A stretch of DNA of 63,208 nt from Proteobacteria bacterium UBA5122 (GTDB lineage Bacteria > Pseudomonadota > Gammaproteobacteria > Tenderiales > Tenderiaceae), in the NCBI GenBank assembly GCA_002415485.1, contig DHYU01000037.1:1-63208 (forward strand), written 5' to 3'. The notes beneath the pieces are model-generated. The model was given only the letters and a program-made list of their open reading frames with translations. It did no database searches and was not told the DNA's origin. The position numbers and the translations under genes are program-made. Shown piece by piece: positions 33,897 to 44,062 of this stretch (its first letter is position 1; each line of letters begins with the position of its first letter).

Positions 33897-36137
33897 ATGG
33901 AGCCCCCAATGTGGCAACCGTCGGATATTAAAATCCCACCCACCCAATCTGAAGTTTTAAACCTGCTCAACAAGGGTCAACTTGAGCAAGCCCGGTCACG
34001 GGCTCAGGCCATGCTTCAAGACCAACCAGATAACGCTGCGGCTCAGTATTCAATGGGCATGGTGGCATTGATGGGGGGTGAATACGAGCAGGCCATTGAA
34101 CATCTGGAGCGCAGCTTCGACCTGAGCAATGATCCTGTCTGTGCCTGCAACCTGGGTCATGCCAAACAAAAGCTTAATCAACTAGACGAGGCCATCGAGT
34201 GGTTGCTTAAGGCGATGGAGTTGGACCCCAAATATGCCAAGGCCCGTTACAACCTCGGCAGCGCCTATATTGCCAATAAACAACCGAAGCTGGCTGTAGA
34301 GCAATACCGCAAGTTGGTGCGTTCAGAACCCAACAACATGGACTATGTTTGCGCGCTGGCTGACGCCGTGCGCGAAAGTGGCAAGTGGCGCCAGGCGATG
34401 CGCCTCTACAATCGTGTACTGAAAAAAGCCCCCGACTTCGCCCGGGCCCTAAGCAACGTTGCCGGCCTGAAGATGAACGTTGGCCGCACCGAGGATGCCA
34501 TAGAGGGATGCAAGAAGGCCATTACCGCTGATCCAGACAACTACATCGCCCACAAAAATCTGGGCGACTGCCTGGTGCAACTGGAGCAGCTCGACGAAGC
34601 GATGGAAGCCTACGCCGATGCTCATGACCTTAACCCTGATTCACCGGAACTGTGCGTCGCCATCGGCAAGGTGTGGCAGGAAACCCATGAATTGATGGAA
34701 GCCGCCAGCTGGTTTCAAAAGGCCATTGTGCTGGATGAAGAAAACTTCGCAGCTCACTGCGGCCTGGCCACCATCGAAAAAGAAATGGGCAATATCGATT
34801 TTGCCATCGAGCTGCTCAAACCAATTTTGGAAAAAGCACCGGACGACAAAGAAGCACTTACCGCAATCGCTGATGCGCTGTGGGAAAATGGTGATGCCGA
34901 AGGGGCGTTGGAACATCTACGCCACCTGAAAAACCTGCAACCCCAAAATGCCGCCCTGCACGCCAAGATTGGTCAAATTCTTTCATCAGCTGGCAGTGTG
35001 CCACTGGCGTTAGAAGAGTACGACGCGGCGTTAAAACAAAACCCCCGCTGTATTCCGGCCCTGAACGGATATGCTGTTACTGAACGCGGCAAACTGGACC
35101 CGACCCACGTCGTCACCATGGAGAAACTACTCGACAATCCTAAACTGCGCTCCGGTGCCCGCGCCACTCTGCACAACGGCTTGGGATTTTATTACGACGG
35201 CATCAAAGACTACGAAAAATCGGCCAACCACATCCGTCAGGCCAATGCCTTTCAATGGCAGAGCCGCAGTCAACGGGGCTGGGAATACAGCATGGACGAG
35301 TATGAACAGCACATCACCCAACTGACTAAAATCTACAACCGTGAATACTTTAATTATCTGAATACCAACAACATCGGCAACCCGGATATAACACCGACAT
35401 TTATCGTTGCCATGCCACGCTCGGGCACCACGTTGACCGAACAGATTCTGGCACGCCATTCACAGGCACTGGGCATTGGTGAGCGTAACTTTGCCAATCA
35501 ATCGTTCAATGCCTTTGTCAGCACCGGCAATCAGGAACAGCCCAAGGATTTGAACCGTTTAACGAAGATTCAGACCGAGCATGCCCAGCATTTATCTGAG
35601 CGTTATCTTGCACGACTGCAAGAGCTCAAGGATAAAGCCGGCCAGCCCGATGCCCAACGAGTCATCGACAAGATGCCCGACAATTACAGCCTGGTGGGCT
35701 GGATTCTCACCCTATTCCCCAACGCCAGAATCATCCACGTTAAACGTGATCCGCGCGACGTTGCACTTTCATGCTGGATGACCCAGTTTGGTGCCATTCG
35801 CTGGGCCTGCCATACCGATCATCTCAGTCATCGCATACTGCAGTATCAACGCATCATGCAGCATTGGCGCGACACCGTTCCAGACCGTTTTATCGAGTTC
35901 AACTACGAAGATCTGGTGGCGGATCAGGAAGGCGTATCGCGGCATCTGATCGACTATATTGGCCTTGAGTGGGAAGCTCAGTGCCTGGAGTTCTACGACT
36001 CTGACCGTATCGTCCGCACTGCCAGCATCACCCAGGTGCGCCAGCCGATCTATAAAAAATCAGTGGCTAAATGGAAGCGTTACGCGCCCTATCTGGAAGA
36101 CCTGTTTGGCCCTATCACCCCTGTGGAAGAGATTTGA
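33897..36137 (+). CDS. TPR-repeat sulfotransferase (Sulfotransfer_3-like)
   Basis: Many TPR repeats, then FIVAMPRSGTTLTEQIL (5'-PSB), DKMPDNY, RDPRDVALS (3'-PB) and VRTASITQVRQPIY. Confidence 0.92.
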   Translation: MEPPMWQPSDIKIPPTQSEVLNLLNKGQLEQARSRAQAMLQDQPDNAAAQYSMGMVALMGGEYEQAIEHLERSFDLSNDPVCACNLGHAKQKLNQLDEAIEWLLKAMELDPKYAKARYNLGSAYIANKQPKLAVEQYRKLVRSEPNNMDYVCALADAVRESGKWRQAMRLYNRVLKKAPDFARALSNVAGLKMNVGRTEDAIEGCKKAITADPDNYIAHKNLGDCLVQLEQLDEAMEAYADAHDLNPDSPELCVAIGKVWQETHELMEAASWFQKAIVLDEENFAAHCGLATIEKEMGNIDFAIELLKPILEKAPDDKEALTAIADALWENGDAEGALEHLRHLKNLQPQNAALHAKIGQILSSAGSVPLALEEYDAALKQNPRCIPALNGYAVTERGKLDPTHVVTMEKLLDNPKLRSGARATLHNGLGFYYDGIKDYEKSANHIRQANAFQWQSRSQRGWEYSMDEYEQHITQLTKIYNREYFNYLNTNNIGNPDITPTFIVAMPRSGTTLTEQILARHSQALGIGERNFANQSFNAFVSTGNQEQPKDLNRLTKIQTEHAQHLSERYLARLQELKDKAGQPDAQRVIDKMPDNYSLVGWILTLFPNARIIHVKRDPRDVALSCWMTQFGAIRWACHTDHLSHRILQYQRIMQHWRDTVPDRFIEFNYEDLVADQEGVSRHLIDYIGLEWEAQCLEFYDSDRIVRTASITQVRQPIYKKSVAKWKRYAPYLEDLFGPITPVEEI

Positions 36138-36545
36138 AACCGATGTTCCAATCCTGCTGCCGAACCGTTTGCCTGAGCCTGCTGCTGACCACCGCACCGC
36201 TGAGTTAGTTTCTCGTTATGGATTGCCACGGAAGACCATGGGAACCAGGAATGCCGTGGCCGGGCGGCAGACGTGCAAGCATTTCCCCTCGGCCTCCTCT
36301 CCTGCGCCCCCCCTGCGTCGTCTGCGTGACGACCTGGCCCAGGCCCACGATGATGTAAACGCGCTTTTCGACATTGTGATCCGGCCGAATTGGTCCTTTA
36401 CTCGGGCGACTCCCCCTGGACTCTGCCCGCCTCGCCCTGCTCCGTCCTGCCCCCAAGCACGATGCCCATGCAGCAAGACAGTGGATCATTTAGGGGCGTT
36501 CACGTTAGAGTTGGATTATGGTTTAGCCGTTTTGGTGGGGGTAAT

Positions 36546-37058
36546 GTGGTAACAAGCTCGGGCTTTAAACTCATTCCGTTGTTGTGGCGTGCCGGCGGGC
36601 TAATCTTGCTGTGGTGGATTATCTCGGGTGGCGCTGTTGAGAGCTGGTGGATCGGTGTGTCTGCCATAGCATTGGCTGTTTGCGTCAGCATCATGCTGGA
36701 TGGTGGTGACCGTCAGGCGGTTCGGCCTGTGGCGCTGTTGAGGTTCATACCCTATTTTTTATTCGAGTCAGTACGCGGTGGCGTCGATGTGGCGCGCCGT
36801 GCCTTTAGTCGCAATATGCCGCTGGCACCAGCCTTTTTAAACTATCCACTGCGTTTACCGGCAGGAAGGCCCCAGGTTTTTTTCGCCAACACGGTCAGTT
36901 TGCTGCCCGGCACGCTGGGGGCAGGACTGAGTGATCAAGCGCTGAACATACATATGCTGGATCATACTAGCGTCAGCTTGGCTGAACTCAATCGATTAGA
37001 GCAAAGAGTCGCCACTATTTTTGGTATTGATATCACGACACCTTCCACGTCCTTATGA
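36546..37058 (+). CDS. mnhE: Mrp/Mnh Na+/H+ antiporter subunit E
   Basis: ESVRGGVDVARRAF and FANTVSLLPGTL...IHMLD. Confidence 0.88.
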   Translation: MVTSSGFKLIPLLWRAGGLILLWWIISGGAVESWWIGVSAIALAVCVSIMLDGGDRQAVRPVALLRFIPYFLFESVRGGVDVARRAFSRNMPLAPAFLNYPLRLPAGRPQVFFANTVSLLPGTLGAGLSDQALNIHMLDHTSVSLAELNRLEQRVATIFGIDITTPSTSL

Positions 37059-37336
37059 TCAAGGCCATCGCTCTTATCCGAAGCGGTCGATGGCATGAGG
37101 ATGCGTCTGTGCCTGCCGCACAGGTCTATACAGAAAAGTGTCGTTTATGGAACAAAGAGTACTCTTTGTGTTCAATAAACATAGTGGCAAATATGCGCAA
37201 AGCTCAGCAAGACCTGGCCCATGCTTTGCCCACGATCTCCTTTCTTCTGTTCGGTGCTAACGGTCAGGCCCGCTGGCCTATCTGCCTGTGAAGCTGACAG
37301 ACTAACGCTAACGACTTGCCATAACCGAGACCGCGC

Positions 37337-37636
37337 ATGGATAGCTTTTTCATTACCGTTGCCTGCCTGCTTTTGCTGACGCTGATGGCCGGTTTGTGGC
37401 GCGTGTTGCGTGGTCCTACGGCGGTGGATCGCATGATGGCGGCGCAGTTATTCGGGACCACGGCGGTGGCGATCCTGCTGCTATTGGCCGAGGCACTGGG
37501 GCAACCCGCGATGCGCAATGTGGCCCTGGTGTTTGCCTTGCTGGCAGTGGTGACGGTGATGGCCTTTGTGCATCGCGCCTGGCCGGGCGACGAACCTCGT
37601 CATCAACAACGTGGGCGCCATGACGATGTGGAATAG
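37337..37636 (+). CDS. mnhF: Mrp/Mnh antiporter subunit F
   Basis: RVLRGPTAVDRMMAAQL and VALVFALLA. Confidence 0.92.
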   Translation: MDSFFITVACLLLLTLMAGLWRVLRGPTAVDRMMAAQLFGTTAVAILLLLAEALGQPAMRNVALVFALLAVVTVMAFVHRAWPGDEPRHQQRGRHDDVE

Positions 37637-37943
37637 CCTCAGCATTGTCTTGATCATGATTGGCATGGTGTTCTTTATTGCGGGCACCCTCGGCCTGCTG
37701 CGTTTTCCTGATGTCTATACACGACTGCATGCGCTGACCAAGGCTGATAATGTCGGCTTGGGATTTTTAGTAGCGGGTCTGATGCTGCAGGCAGACTCCC
37801 TCACCACGGCCTTGTTGCTATTGCTCATTTGGGTGCTGGTGATGTTGGCCGGTGCCGGTGCCGGTCAACTGGTTGCCCAGGCAGCGCTACAGCGTCAACA
37901 TCCTGTAGCCAAAAGCCAAGACGATGGGCGCGGCCATGACTGA
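37620..37943 (+). CDS. mnhG: Mrp/Mnh antiporter subunit G
   Basis: GLLRFPDVYTRLHALTKADNVG. Confidence 0.93.
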   Translation: MTMWNSLSIVLIMIGMVFFIAGTLGLLRFPDVYTRLHALTKADNVGLGFLVAGLMLQADSLTTALLLLLIWVLVMLAGAGAGQLVAQAALQRQHPVAKSQDDGRGHD

Positions 37944-38877
37944 GGCCGGACTATTTCTTTTAGACTTATTGTTGGTGTTGACGCTGTTGTGCCTGGCCTG
38001 GTGGTCGTTGGCAGCCACCGATCTATTCAAGGGTATTGTACTGTTTATCGCCTTCGGTCTGGTGTTGGCGCTCGCCTGGGTGCGGTTGGATGCCCCGGAT
38101 GTTGCCCTGGCCGAGGCCGCCATCGGTGCCGGCCTGACCGGGGCACTGCTGCTGACGACCCTGAGCAAACTCGCCTCCTCGATAGATAATCCCCCAGCCA
38201 AACGATCGAGTCCTGTTCTGTTGTGGGTCTTGTTAGTAATGCTGGCCGCTGTTCTTGGTTATGCCATTATGTCCCTGCCACAGCAGGCCCAAGGCCTGGC
38301 TGACACTGTGGCCAGCCAGATGGGCAACAGCGGTGTTGAGCATCCCGTCACGGCTGTACTACTCAATTTTCGCGGCTACGATACCTTGCTGGAGATGGCG
38401 GTGTTGTTGTTGGCGCTGATCGCTGCCTGGTCATTGGCACCACGTGCTGCAACATCTTGCGAGATGGATGAGGCCTTGACTGTCAGTCCGATCGTGCTGG
38501 CTTTGTTTCGTATGCTGATCCCGTTGATGATTCTGGTTGCCGCCTATTTGTTATGGGTCGGTGCCCATGCCCCTGGCGGTGCGTTTCAAGCCGGTTCTGT
38601 ATTGGCTGCTGCAGGTGTATTGGCCCTGTTGTGTGGCAAACGTCTTGAAGGCCGCTTGGCTGGCTGGCCGCTGCGCCTGGGCTTGGTGCTGGGGACGGCC
38701 ATGTTTGTGGCGGTAGCGGCGGCCGTGATGGTCGGTGGCGCACATCTATTGCAATACCCCCTGGCCTCAGCCGGCAAGTTAATACTGTTAATCGAAGCGG
38801 CGGCCACGTTTTCCATCGGCCTGACTCTGGCCATGCTGTTCTCTGGCCAAAGACCTTCTCGTGGGCCAGCCTCATGA
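37936..38877 (+). CDS. mnhB: Mrp/Mnh subunit B (DUF4040 plus MnhB domains)
   Basis: APDVALAEAAIGAG, VTAVLLNFRGYDTLLE and GAHAPGGAFQAG. Confidence 0.88.
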   Translation: MTEAGLFLLDLLLVLTLLCLAWWSLAATDLFKGIVLFIAFGLVLALAWVRLDAPDVALAEAAIGAGLTGALLLTTLSKLASSIDNPPAKRSSPVLLWVLLVMLAAVLGYAIMSLPQQAQGLADTVASQMGNSGVEHPVTAVLLNFRGYDTLLEMAVLLLALIAAWSLAPRAATSCEMDEALTVSPIVLALFRMLIPLMILVAAYLLWVGAHAPGGAFQAGSVLAAAGVLALLCGKRLEGRLAGWPLRLGLVLGTAMFVAVAAAVMVGGAHLLQYPLASAGKLILLIEAAATFSIGLTLAMLFSGQRPSRGPAS

Positions 38878-39182
38878 GTACTCCCCTGCTCTATGCCCTG
38901 GCCGGTGTTGGCCTCTGTCTCCTGGGTTTGTATGGACTGATCGTGTATGCCCATCTGTTGCGTAAGATTCTGGCGCTTAACATCATGGGCAGCGGTGTCT
39001 TTTTGATATTGGTGGCGCTGGCTCGGCGTAGCGGAGATAGCCCTGATCCTGTGCCCCACGCGATGGTCATCACCGGCATCGTGGTGGCTGTTTCTGCCAC
39101 TGCGCTGGCCCTGGTGTTACTGGTACGTTTTAGTGCTGCGACGGGCCGTAACCAACTCGATGATGACGAGCACTCGCCATGA
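38874..39182 (+). CDS. mnhC: Mrp/Mnh subunit C (NuoK-like)
   Basis: LRKILALNIMGSG and DPVPHAMVITGIVV. Confidence 0.92.
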   Translation: MSTPLLYALAGVGLCLLGLYGLIVYAHLLRKILALNIMGSGVFLILVALARRSGDSPDPVPHAMVITGIVVAVSATALALVLLVRFSAATGRNQLDDDEHSP

Positions 39183-40639
39183 TTGAAGCGTCCGGTACAC
39201 CGCTGCCATGGATTGTGTGGGTGATTCTGTTGCCCCTGATCGGTGCGATGCTGTGTTTCCTGTGGCCACGTCAGGGTAAAACGCTGGGGCTGCTGACGGC
39301 GCTGGCCACGCTGCTCGCCGTGATTGCGCTGTATTTCCAGCTGCTCGATGGCGGAGTGATACGTTATGCCGTGGGCGGCTGGGGCGCACCGCTGGGCATT
39401 GCACTCTATGCCGACGGGCTGAGCATGTTGATGTTGTTGATGAGCGCCCTGGTCGGTGTCGGGGTCAGTCTCTACGCGCTTGGTTATTTCAAACACTCGC
39501 CTGATAACCCTGCCGGTTTTTGGCCCTTGTGGTTATTGATGTGGACGGGATTGAATGGCCTGTTCGTGGCCGGCGATATCTTTAACCTCTATGTCACGCT
39601 GGAGCTACTGGGTTTATCTGCCGTCGCCCTGGTCGCTTTGGCCGCCAGCCGTGATGCGCTGGGCGGGGCGATGCGTTATCTATTCGTCAGCCTGTTGGGG
39701 TCACTCTGTTATCTGATCGGTGTCGCCCTGCTCTACCACGCCTATGGCACCGTGGATATCGCCCTGCTCGGTACGCTGGTCGAGCGCAATCCGGCCACGC
39801 ATGTGGCCTTGGGGCTGATGGTCGTGGCCATGTTGCTCAAGAGCGCGCTGTTTCCGCTGCACTTCTGGCTGCCTCCGGCCCACGCCAGCGCCCCTGCCCC
39901 AGTGAGCGCATTGTTGTCGGCATTGGTGGTTAAGGCCTCGTTTTATCTGTTGTTGCGACTGTGGTTTGACGTCTTCTCCACCGTCAGCATGGATCTTGGA
40001 ATGGTCTTGGGTGTGTTGGGGGCAGCGGCCATCGTGTGGGGCTCAGTACTGGCGCTGCGCCAGACCCGTCTCAAACTGTTGGTGGCCTATTCCACGGTGG
40101 CCCAACTCGGTTATCTGTTTTTGCCCTTTGCGCTATTGAGCCCACTGGCCTGGCAAGGCGGTGTCTATTTTGTGCTGTCGCATGCGCTCGCCAAGGCGGC
40201 GATGTTTATGGCGGCGGGCAATATTCTTGCGTTTGGTGGGCATGACCGTATCGCCGATCTCGACCGTGTAGCCCAGCGCCTGCCGATTACGATGACGGCA
40301 TTTTGTCTGGCCGGGGTGAGCCTGATGGGGCTGCCGCCCAGTGGCGGCTTTATTGCCAAATGGCTGCTGCTGGATGCCGCCTTGAGCCATGATCAGTGGG
40401 GCTGGGCAGTCATGATGATGATCGGCGGTTTGCTGGCGGCGGCCTATGTCTTCAAGGTGGTGGGGTTCGCCTTTACGCAGGCGGATGCCCCCCACGATGC
40501 GCAACCGGTCTCCCCCTTTATGGAATGGTCGGCGCTCGCATTGGCGGTGTGCGCCATTCTCTTGGGTTTGAATGCCCACTACCCCCTTGAGTTGCTGGCC
40601 ATTGGTGGGCCAGTTACCTTCGTGAGCCCCTCGCCATGA
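39179..40639 (+). CDS. mnhD: Mrp/Mnh subunit D-like (complex I subunit 5 family), copy 1
   Basis: DIFNLYVTLELL, KSALFPLHFWLPPAH, LKLLVAYSTVAQLGY and HALAKA. Confidence 0.9.
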   Translation: MIEASGTPLPWIVWVILLPLIGAMLCFLWPRQGKTLGLLTALATLLAVIALYFQLLDGGVIRYAVGGWGAPLGIALYADGLSMLMLLMSALVGVGVSLYALGYFKHSPDNPAGFWPLWLLMWTGLNGLFVAGDIFNLYVTLELLGLSAVALVALAASRDALGGAMRYLFVSLLGSLCYLIGVALLYHAYGTVDIALLGTLVERNPATHVALGLMVVAMLLKSALFPLHFWLPPAHASAPAPVSALLSALVVKASFYLLLRLWFDVFSTVSMDLGMVLGVLGAAAIVWGSVLALRQTRLKLLVAYSTVAQLGYLFLPFALLSPLAWQGGVYFVLSHALAKAAMFMAAGNILAFGGHDRIADLDRVAQRLPITMTAFCLAGVSLMGLPPSGGFIAKWLLLDAALSHDQWGWAVMMMIGGLLAAAYVFKVVGFAFTQADAPHDAQPVSPFMEWSALALAVCAILLGLNAHYPLELLAIGGPVTFVSPSP

Positions 40640-42126
40640 ATGCCTGGCTGCCGCTGTTGGTATTGGCCAGCTCATTGGTACCGGGCCTGATTATCTTTGC
40701 ATTGAAAGAGGAACACACGCGAGCGCGTATTGCCCTGAATCTTGGCGGGGCCGTGATCAAGCTTGTGCTGGTTGGGGTGATGGTGTGGGGCGTATTTCAG
40801 GGCCAAACCTATGAGGCTCGCCTGCCCTTGCTGCCGGGCCTGGAGCTGGCACTACAGGCCGATGCGCTGGCCTTGTTGTTTGTCGTCCTGTCCTCGGTAC
40901 TGTGGCTGGTGACTACGATTTATGCCATCGGTTATCTGGAGGATTCGCCCTACCGCAGCCGCTTTTTTGGTTTTTTCAGTCTCTGCGTTACCTCGACCGT
41001 GGGTGTTGCCCTCTCGGGCAACCTCATTACATTTTTGTTGTTTTACGAATTATTGACCCTAAGCACCTATCCACTCATCGTACATCGTGCCACCGAGGTG
41101 GCTCGCCGGGCCGCTAAGACCTACCTGGTCTATACCCTGGCCGGAGGTGCGTTGCTGCTAGTGGGGGTGGTCTGGCTCTATACCCTGGCGGGCACCCTTA
41201 GCTTCACCCCTCGGGGCTTTTTATCTGGGCTGGAGACACAGCACTCCACGGCACTGTCGGTTATTTTCGTGCTCCTGATCGCTGGGTTTGGCGTCAAGGC
41301 TGCCATCCTGCCGCTACATGGCTGGTTGCCCAAGGCCATGGTGGCACCTGCCCCGGTCAGTGCCCTGTTGCACGCCGTGGCCGTCGTCAAGGCCGGGGCC
41401 TTCGGAATTGTGCGCGTGGTGCATGATGTCTACGGTGTTGAATTTGCCGACTCGCTGAATCTGCTGATGCCTCTGGCAATATTGGCAGCGGCAACCATTC
41501 TGTATGGTTCAGTGCGCGCGCTGTATCAGGATGATCTGAAACGCCGCCTGGCCTACTCCACGGTCAGTCAGGTCTCCTATATCGCCCTCGGCACGGCCAT
41601 CGCCGGGCCTGTGGCCGCCATTGGCGGTATCGTACATCTGGTACACCAGGGCTTGATGAAGATCACCCTGTTCTTCTGTGCCGGCAATCTGGCCGAGACC
41701 CTGGGGATTCATAAGATCAGCGAAATGGATGGGGTCGGACGGCGCATGCCGTGGACCATGGCGGCCTTTACGCTGGGCGCCTTTGGCATGATCGGTGTAC
41801 CACCTTTGGCAGGTTTTATCAGTAAGTGGTATCTGGGGCTGGGGGCGCTCGAGGCGGGTCAAGGCTGGGTGATCTGGGTCCTGGTGGGCTCCAGCCTGCT
41901 CAATGCGGCCTATTTTCTCCCCATTCTCTATGCCGCCTGGTTTAAAGCACCCGCCACCCATTGGCCTCATGAGCGTAGTTTTGGCAGGCAGGAAACTGCG
42001 TGGATGCTGCTGTTGCCACCGGTGCTGACGGCCTTGTTGTCACTGGCCGTGGGCTTGCTCGCCAACACAACCTTCAGCCCCTTGCAGTGGGCGGTGTTTA
42101 TTGCCTCGCTGGAGTTCATGCCATGA
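40636..42126 (+). CDS. mnhD: Mrp/Mnh subunit D-like, copy 2
   Basis: FYELLTLSTYPL, KAAILPLHGWLPKAMVAPAPVSALLHAVAVVKAG and KRRLAYSTVSQ. Confidence 0.9.
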   Translation: MNAWLPLLVLASSLVPGLIIFALKEEHTRARIALNLGGAVIKLVLVGVMVWGVFQGQTYEARLPLLPGLELALQADALALLFVVLSSVLWLVTTIYAIGYLEDSPYRSRFFGFFSLCVTSTVGVALSGNLITFLLFYELLTLSTYPLIVHRATEVARRAAKTYLVYTLAGGALLLVGVVWLYTLAGTLSFTPRGFLSGLETQHSTALSVIFVLLIAGFGVKAAILPLHGWLPKAMVAPAPVSALLHAVAVVKAGAFGIVRVVHDVYGVEFADSLNLLMPLAILAAATILYGSVRALYQDDLKRRLAYSTVSQVSYIALGTAIAGPVAAIGGIVHLVHQGLMKITLFFCAGNLAETLGIHKISEMDGVGRRMPWTMAAFTLGAFGMIGVPPLAGFISKWYLGLGALEAGQGWVIWVLVGSSLLNAAYFLPILYAAWFKAPATHWPHERSFGRQETAWMLLLPPVLTALLSLAVGLLANTTFSPLQWAVFIASLEFMP

Positions 42127-43880
42127 TGATCTCCGGGATTTGGTTGCTGCTGGCATTGCTGGGACCACTGGGCTTGGCGTTGCTACTGATGACATGGCCG
42201 AGTTTGCGCGCCGGGCTAATAAAACTTGCCCCCTGGAGTGCGCTGCCAGCCTTGCTAATGGCGCTGCTGCCTGTGGATTTTTCCACCTCTGTCATCCCTG
42301 GCCTGTTGCTGGGCAGTCAGATTGGACTGGATGACAGCAGTCGCTATTTTCTGCTGCTGACATCCTTGGTGTGGCTGACAGCCGGTCTGCATGCAAGACC
42401 CGCCCATGCCCGGGCAGAGAAGCCTGGCTTCTTTATCTTGTTCCTGCTCGCCATGAGCGGCAATCTGGGGGTGGTGGTCGCAGGCGATATACTCAGCTTT
42501 TATCTGTCGTTTGCGTTGATGAGCTTCGCCGCTTATGGCTTGGTGATTCACTCCGCAACGGCCCACGCGCTGAGTGCGGGGCGAGTCTATATGACATTTG
42601 TTGTGCTGGGAGAGGTGATGCTGCTCTGCGCACTGATGCTGGCCGCGAGCCAGGCCCAAAGTTATGACTTTGAGACAATTCGTAGCGCAGTGGCACAATC
42701 GGAGTCTCGCAATCTGATCATGGCGTTAACAGTCATGAGCCTGGGTATCAAAATTGGCCTGCCCGGACTGCATGCCACCCTGCCACTGATTTATCGTGCC
42801 GCACCCATCCCCGCAGCGGCAGTACTCGCAGGTGCCATGATTAATGCTGGTTTACTCGGTTGGCTACGTCTGTTACCGGCCGGGCAGATCGCCCTCCCCG
42901 AGTGGAGTGCGGCATTGATGGGGCTGGGTTTATTTGCAGCCTTTTACGGCGTGCTGGTGGGTTTGACTCAGCGTGATGCCAAGACACTACTCGCCTATTC
43001 AAGTATCAGCCAGATGGGGATATTGACCTTTGCCGTGGGGCTGGGATTGGGGGCTCCACAGGCCTGGCCGACACTGCTGATGATCATCACCCTATACGCG
43101 GTGCATCACGGACTCGCCAAGGCTGCGTTATTTTTGGGACTAAACATGACTCAGCACGCCAGAGATGGGAGGCATTGGCGCTGGCTGGCGTTATTGGGAT
43201 TGGCCCTGCCGGCGCTCGCCCTCGCCGGTGCCCCCTTTACCAGCGGTATGGTGGCCAAAGCGTTATTGAAAGAGCAGATCTATCTTGCGCCATGGCCAGT
43301 GTTATTGGGCTGGCTATTGCCATTGAGCTCACTGGCGACGACCTTGTTAGTCATTCGATTGTTCTATTTAGTGCGGTCTTATCCCGGCAATGGGGAATGC
43401 CAGACATGTCATTGGCAACGCCTATCCTGGGCATTGTTGGTGATTGCATCGCTCGTGTGTGTCTGGTTTATCCCTAAAAACGATGAAACAGCGTTATTGT
43501 CGCTTTCCACCATCTGGCAATCCCTCTGGCCAGTGCTAGGCGCGATGATACTTTTCTTCATCACGGCCCGAGGTCTGGCACGATTAAACATTACCATCGC
43601 AGAAATTCCCGCCGGTGACCTGTTTGTGCCGGTGCTATCCGCAGTAGTGAGGCTGGCTAGATTCTTTATTCAAATAACCAAGGAGAGGCTGCCGATTTAT
43701 CAGGAACAGGTATCGCAATTGATTGCCAGGCTCGTTCACTGCCTTAATGGACATCACGGGTTGGCCTCAGTTGAAGCCCGGACAGGACGCTGGCCTATAG
43801 CGATCATTTTGGTATTGATGTTGATATTGACATTCATACTCCCCGGCTTGTTGATCGCGCCTTCCTCAGGAGATGGGTAA
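42123..43880 (+). CDS. Mrp/Mnh subunit D-like (HyfB/NuoL-related), copy 3
   Basis: KIGLPGLHATLP, KTLLAYSSISQMG and HHGLAKAALF; ATGA overlap with the previous gene. Confidence 0.85.
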   Translation: MMISGIWLLLALLGPLGLALLLMTWPSLRAGLIKLAPWSALPALLMALLPVDFSTSVIPGLLLGSQIGLDDSSRYFLLLTSLVWLTAGLHARPAHARAEKPGFFILFLLAMSGNLGVVVAGDILSFYLSFALMSFAAYGLVIHSATAHALSAGRVYMTFVVLGEVMLLCALMLAASQAQSYDFETIRSAVAQSESRNLIMALTVMSLGIKIGLPGLHATLPLIYRAAPIPAAAVLAGAMINAGLLGWLRLLPAGQIALPEWSAALMGLGLFAAFYGVLVGLTQRDAKTLLAYSSISQMGILTFAVGLGLGAPQAWPTLLMIITLYAVHHGLAKAALFLGLNMTQHARDGRHWRWLALLGLALPALALAGAPFTSGMVAKALLKEQIYLAPWPVLLGWLLPLSSLATTLLVIRLFYLVRSYPGNGECQTCHWQRLSWALLVIASLVCVWFIPKNDETALLSLSTIWQSLWPVLGAMILFFITARGLARLNITIAEIPAGDLFVPVLSAVVRLARFFIQITKERLPIYQEQVSQLIARLVHCLNGHHGLASVEARTGRWPIAIILVLMLILTFILPGLLIAPSSGDG

Positions 43881-44062
43881 GTGTTAAGTTGTTGCTATCC
43901 AAGGGGCTATCGATAAATGATGTGCCTGGAACCATTCAATCCATAAGAAAAAGCTTATTACTCAAGGAACTTGCAACGTATTCATTGGACAAAACAAGAG
44001 ATAAGTTCTAATTCTACTTGAACGACTATTCCAACTACGCGTAGTGACTGAGGGGCAGCTGC

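Noticed and set aside
36138-36545. ORFs or an IS remnant between the sulfotransferase and mnhE
   Set aside because: No recognisable protein motif or terminal inverted repeats. It may be decayed DNA, but I cannot support a call.
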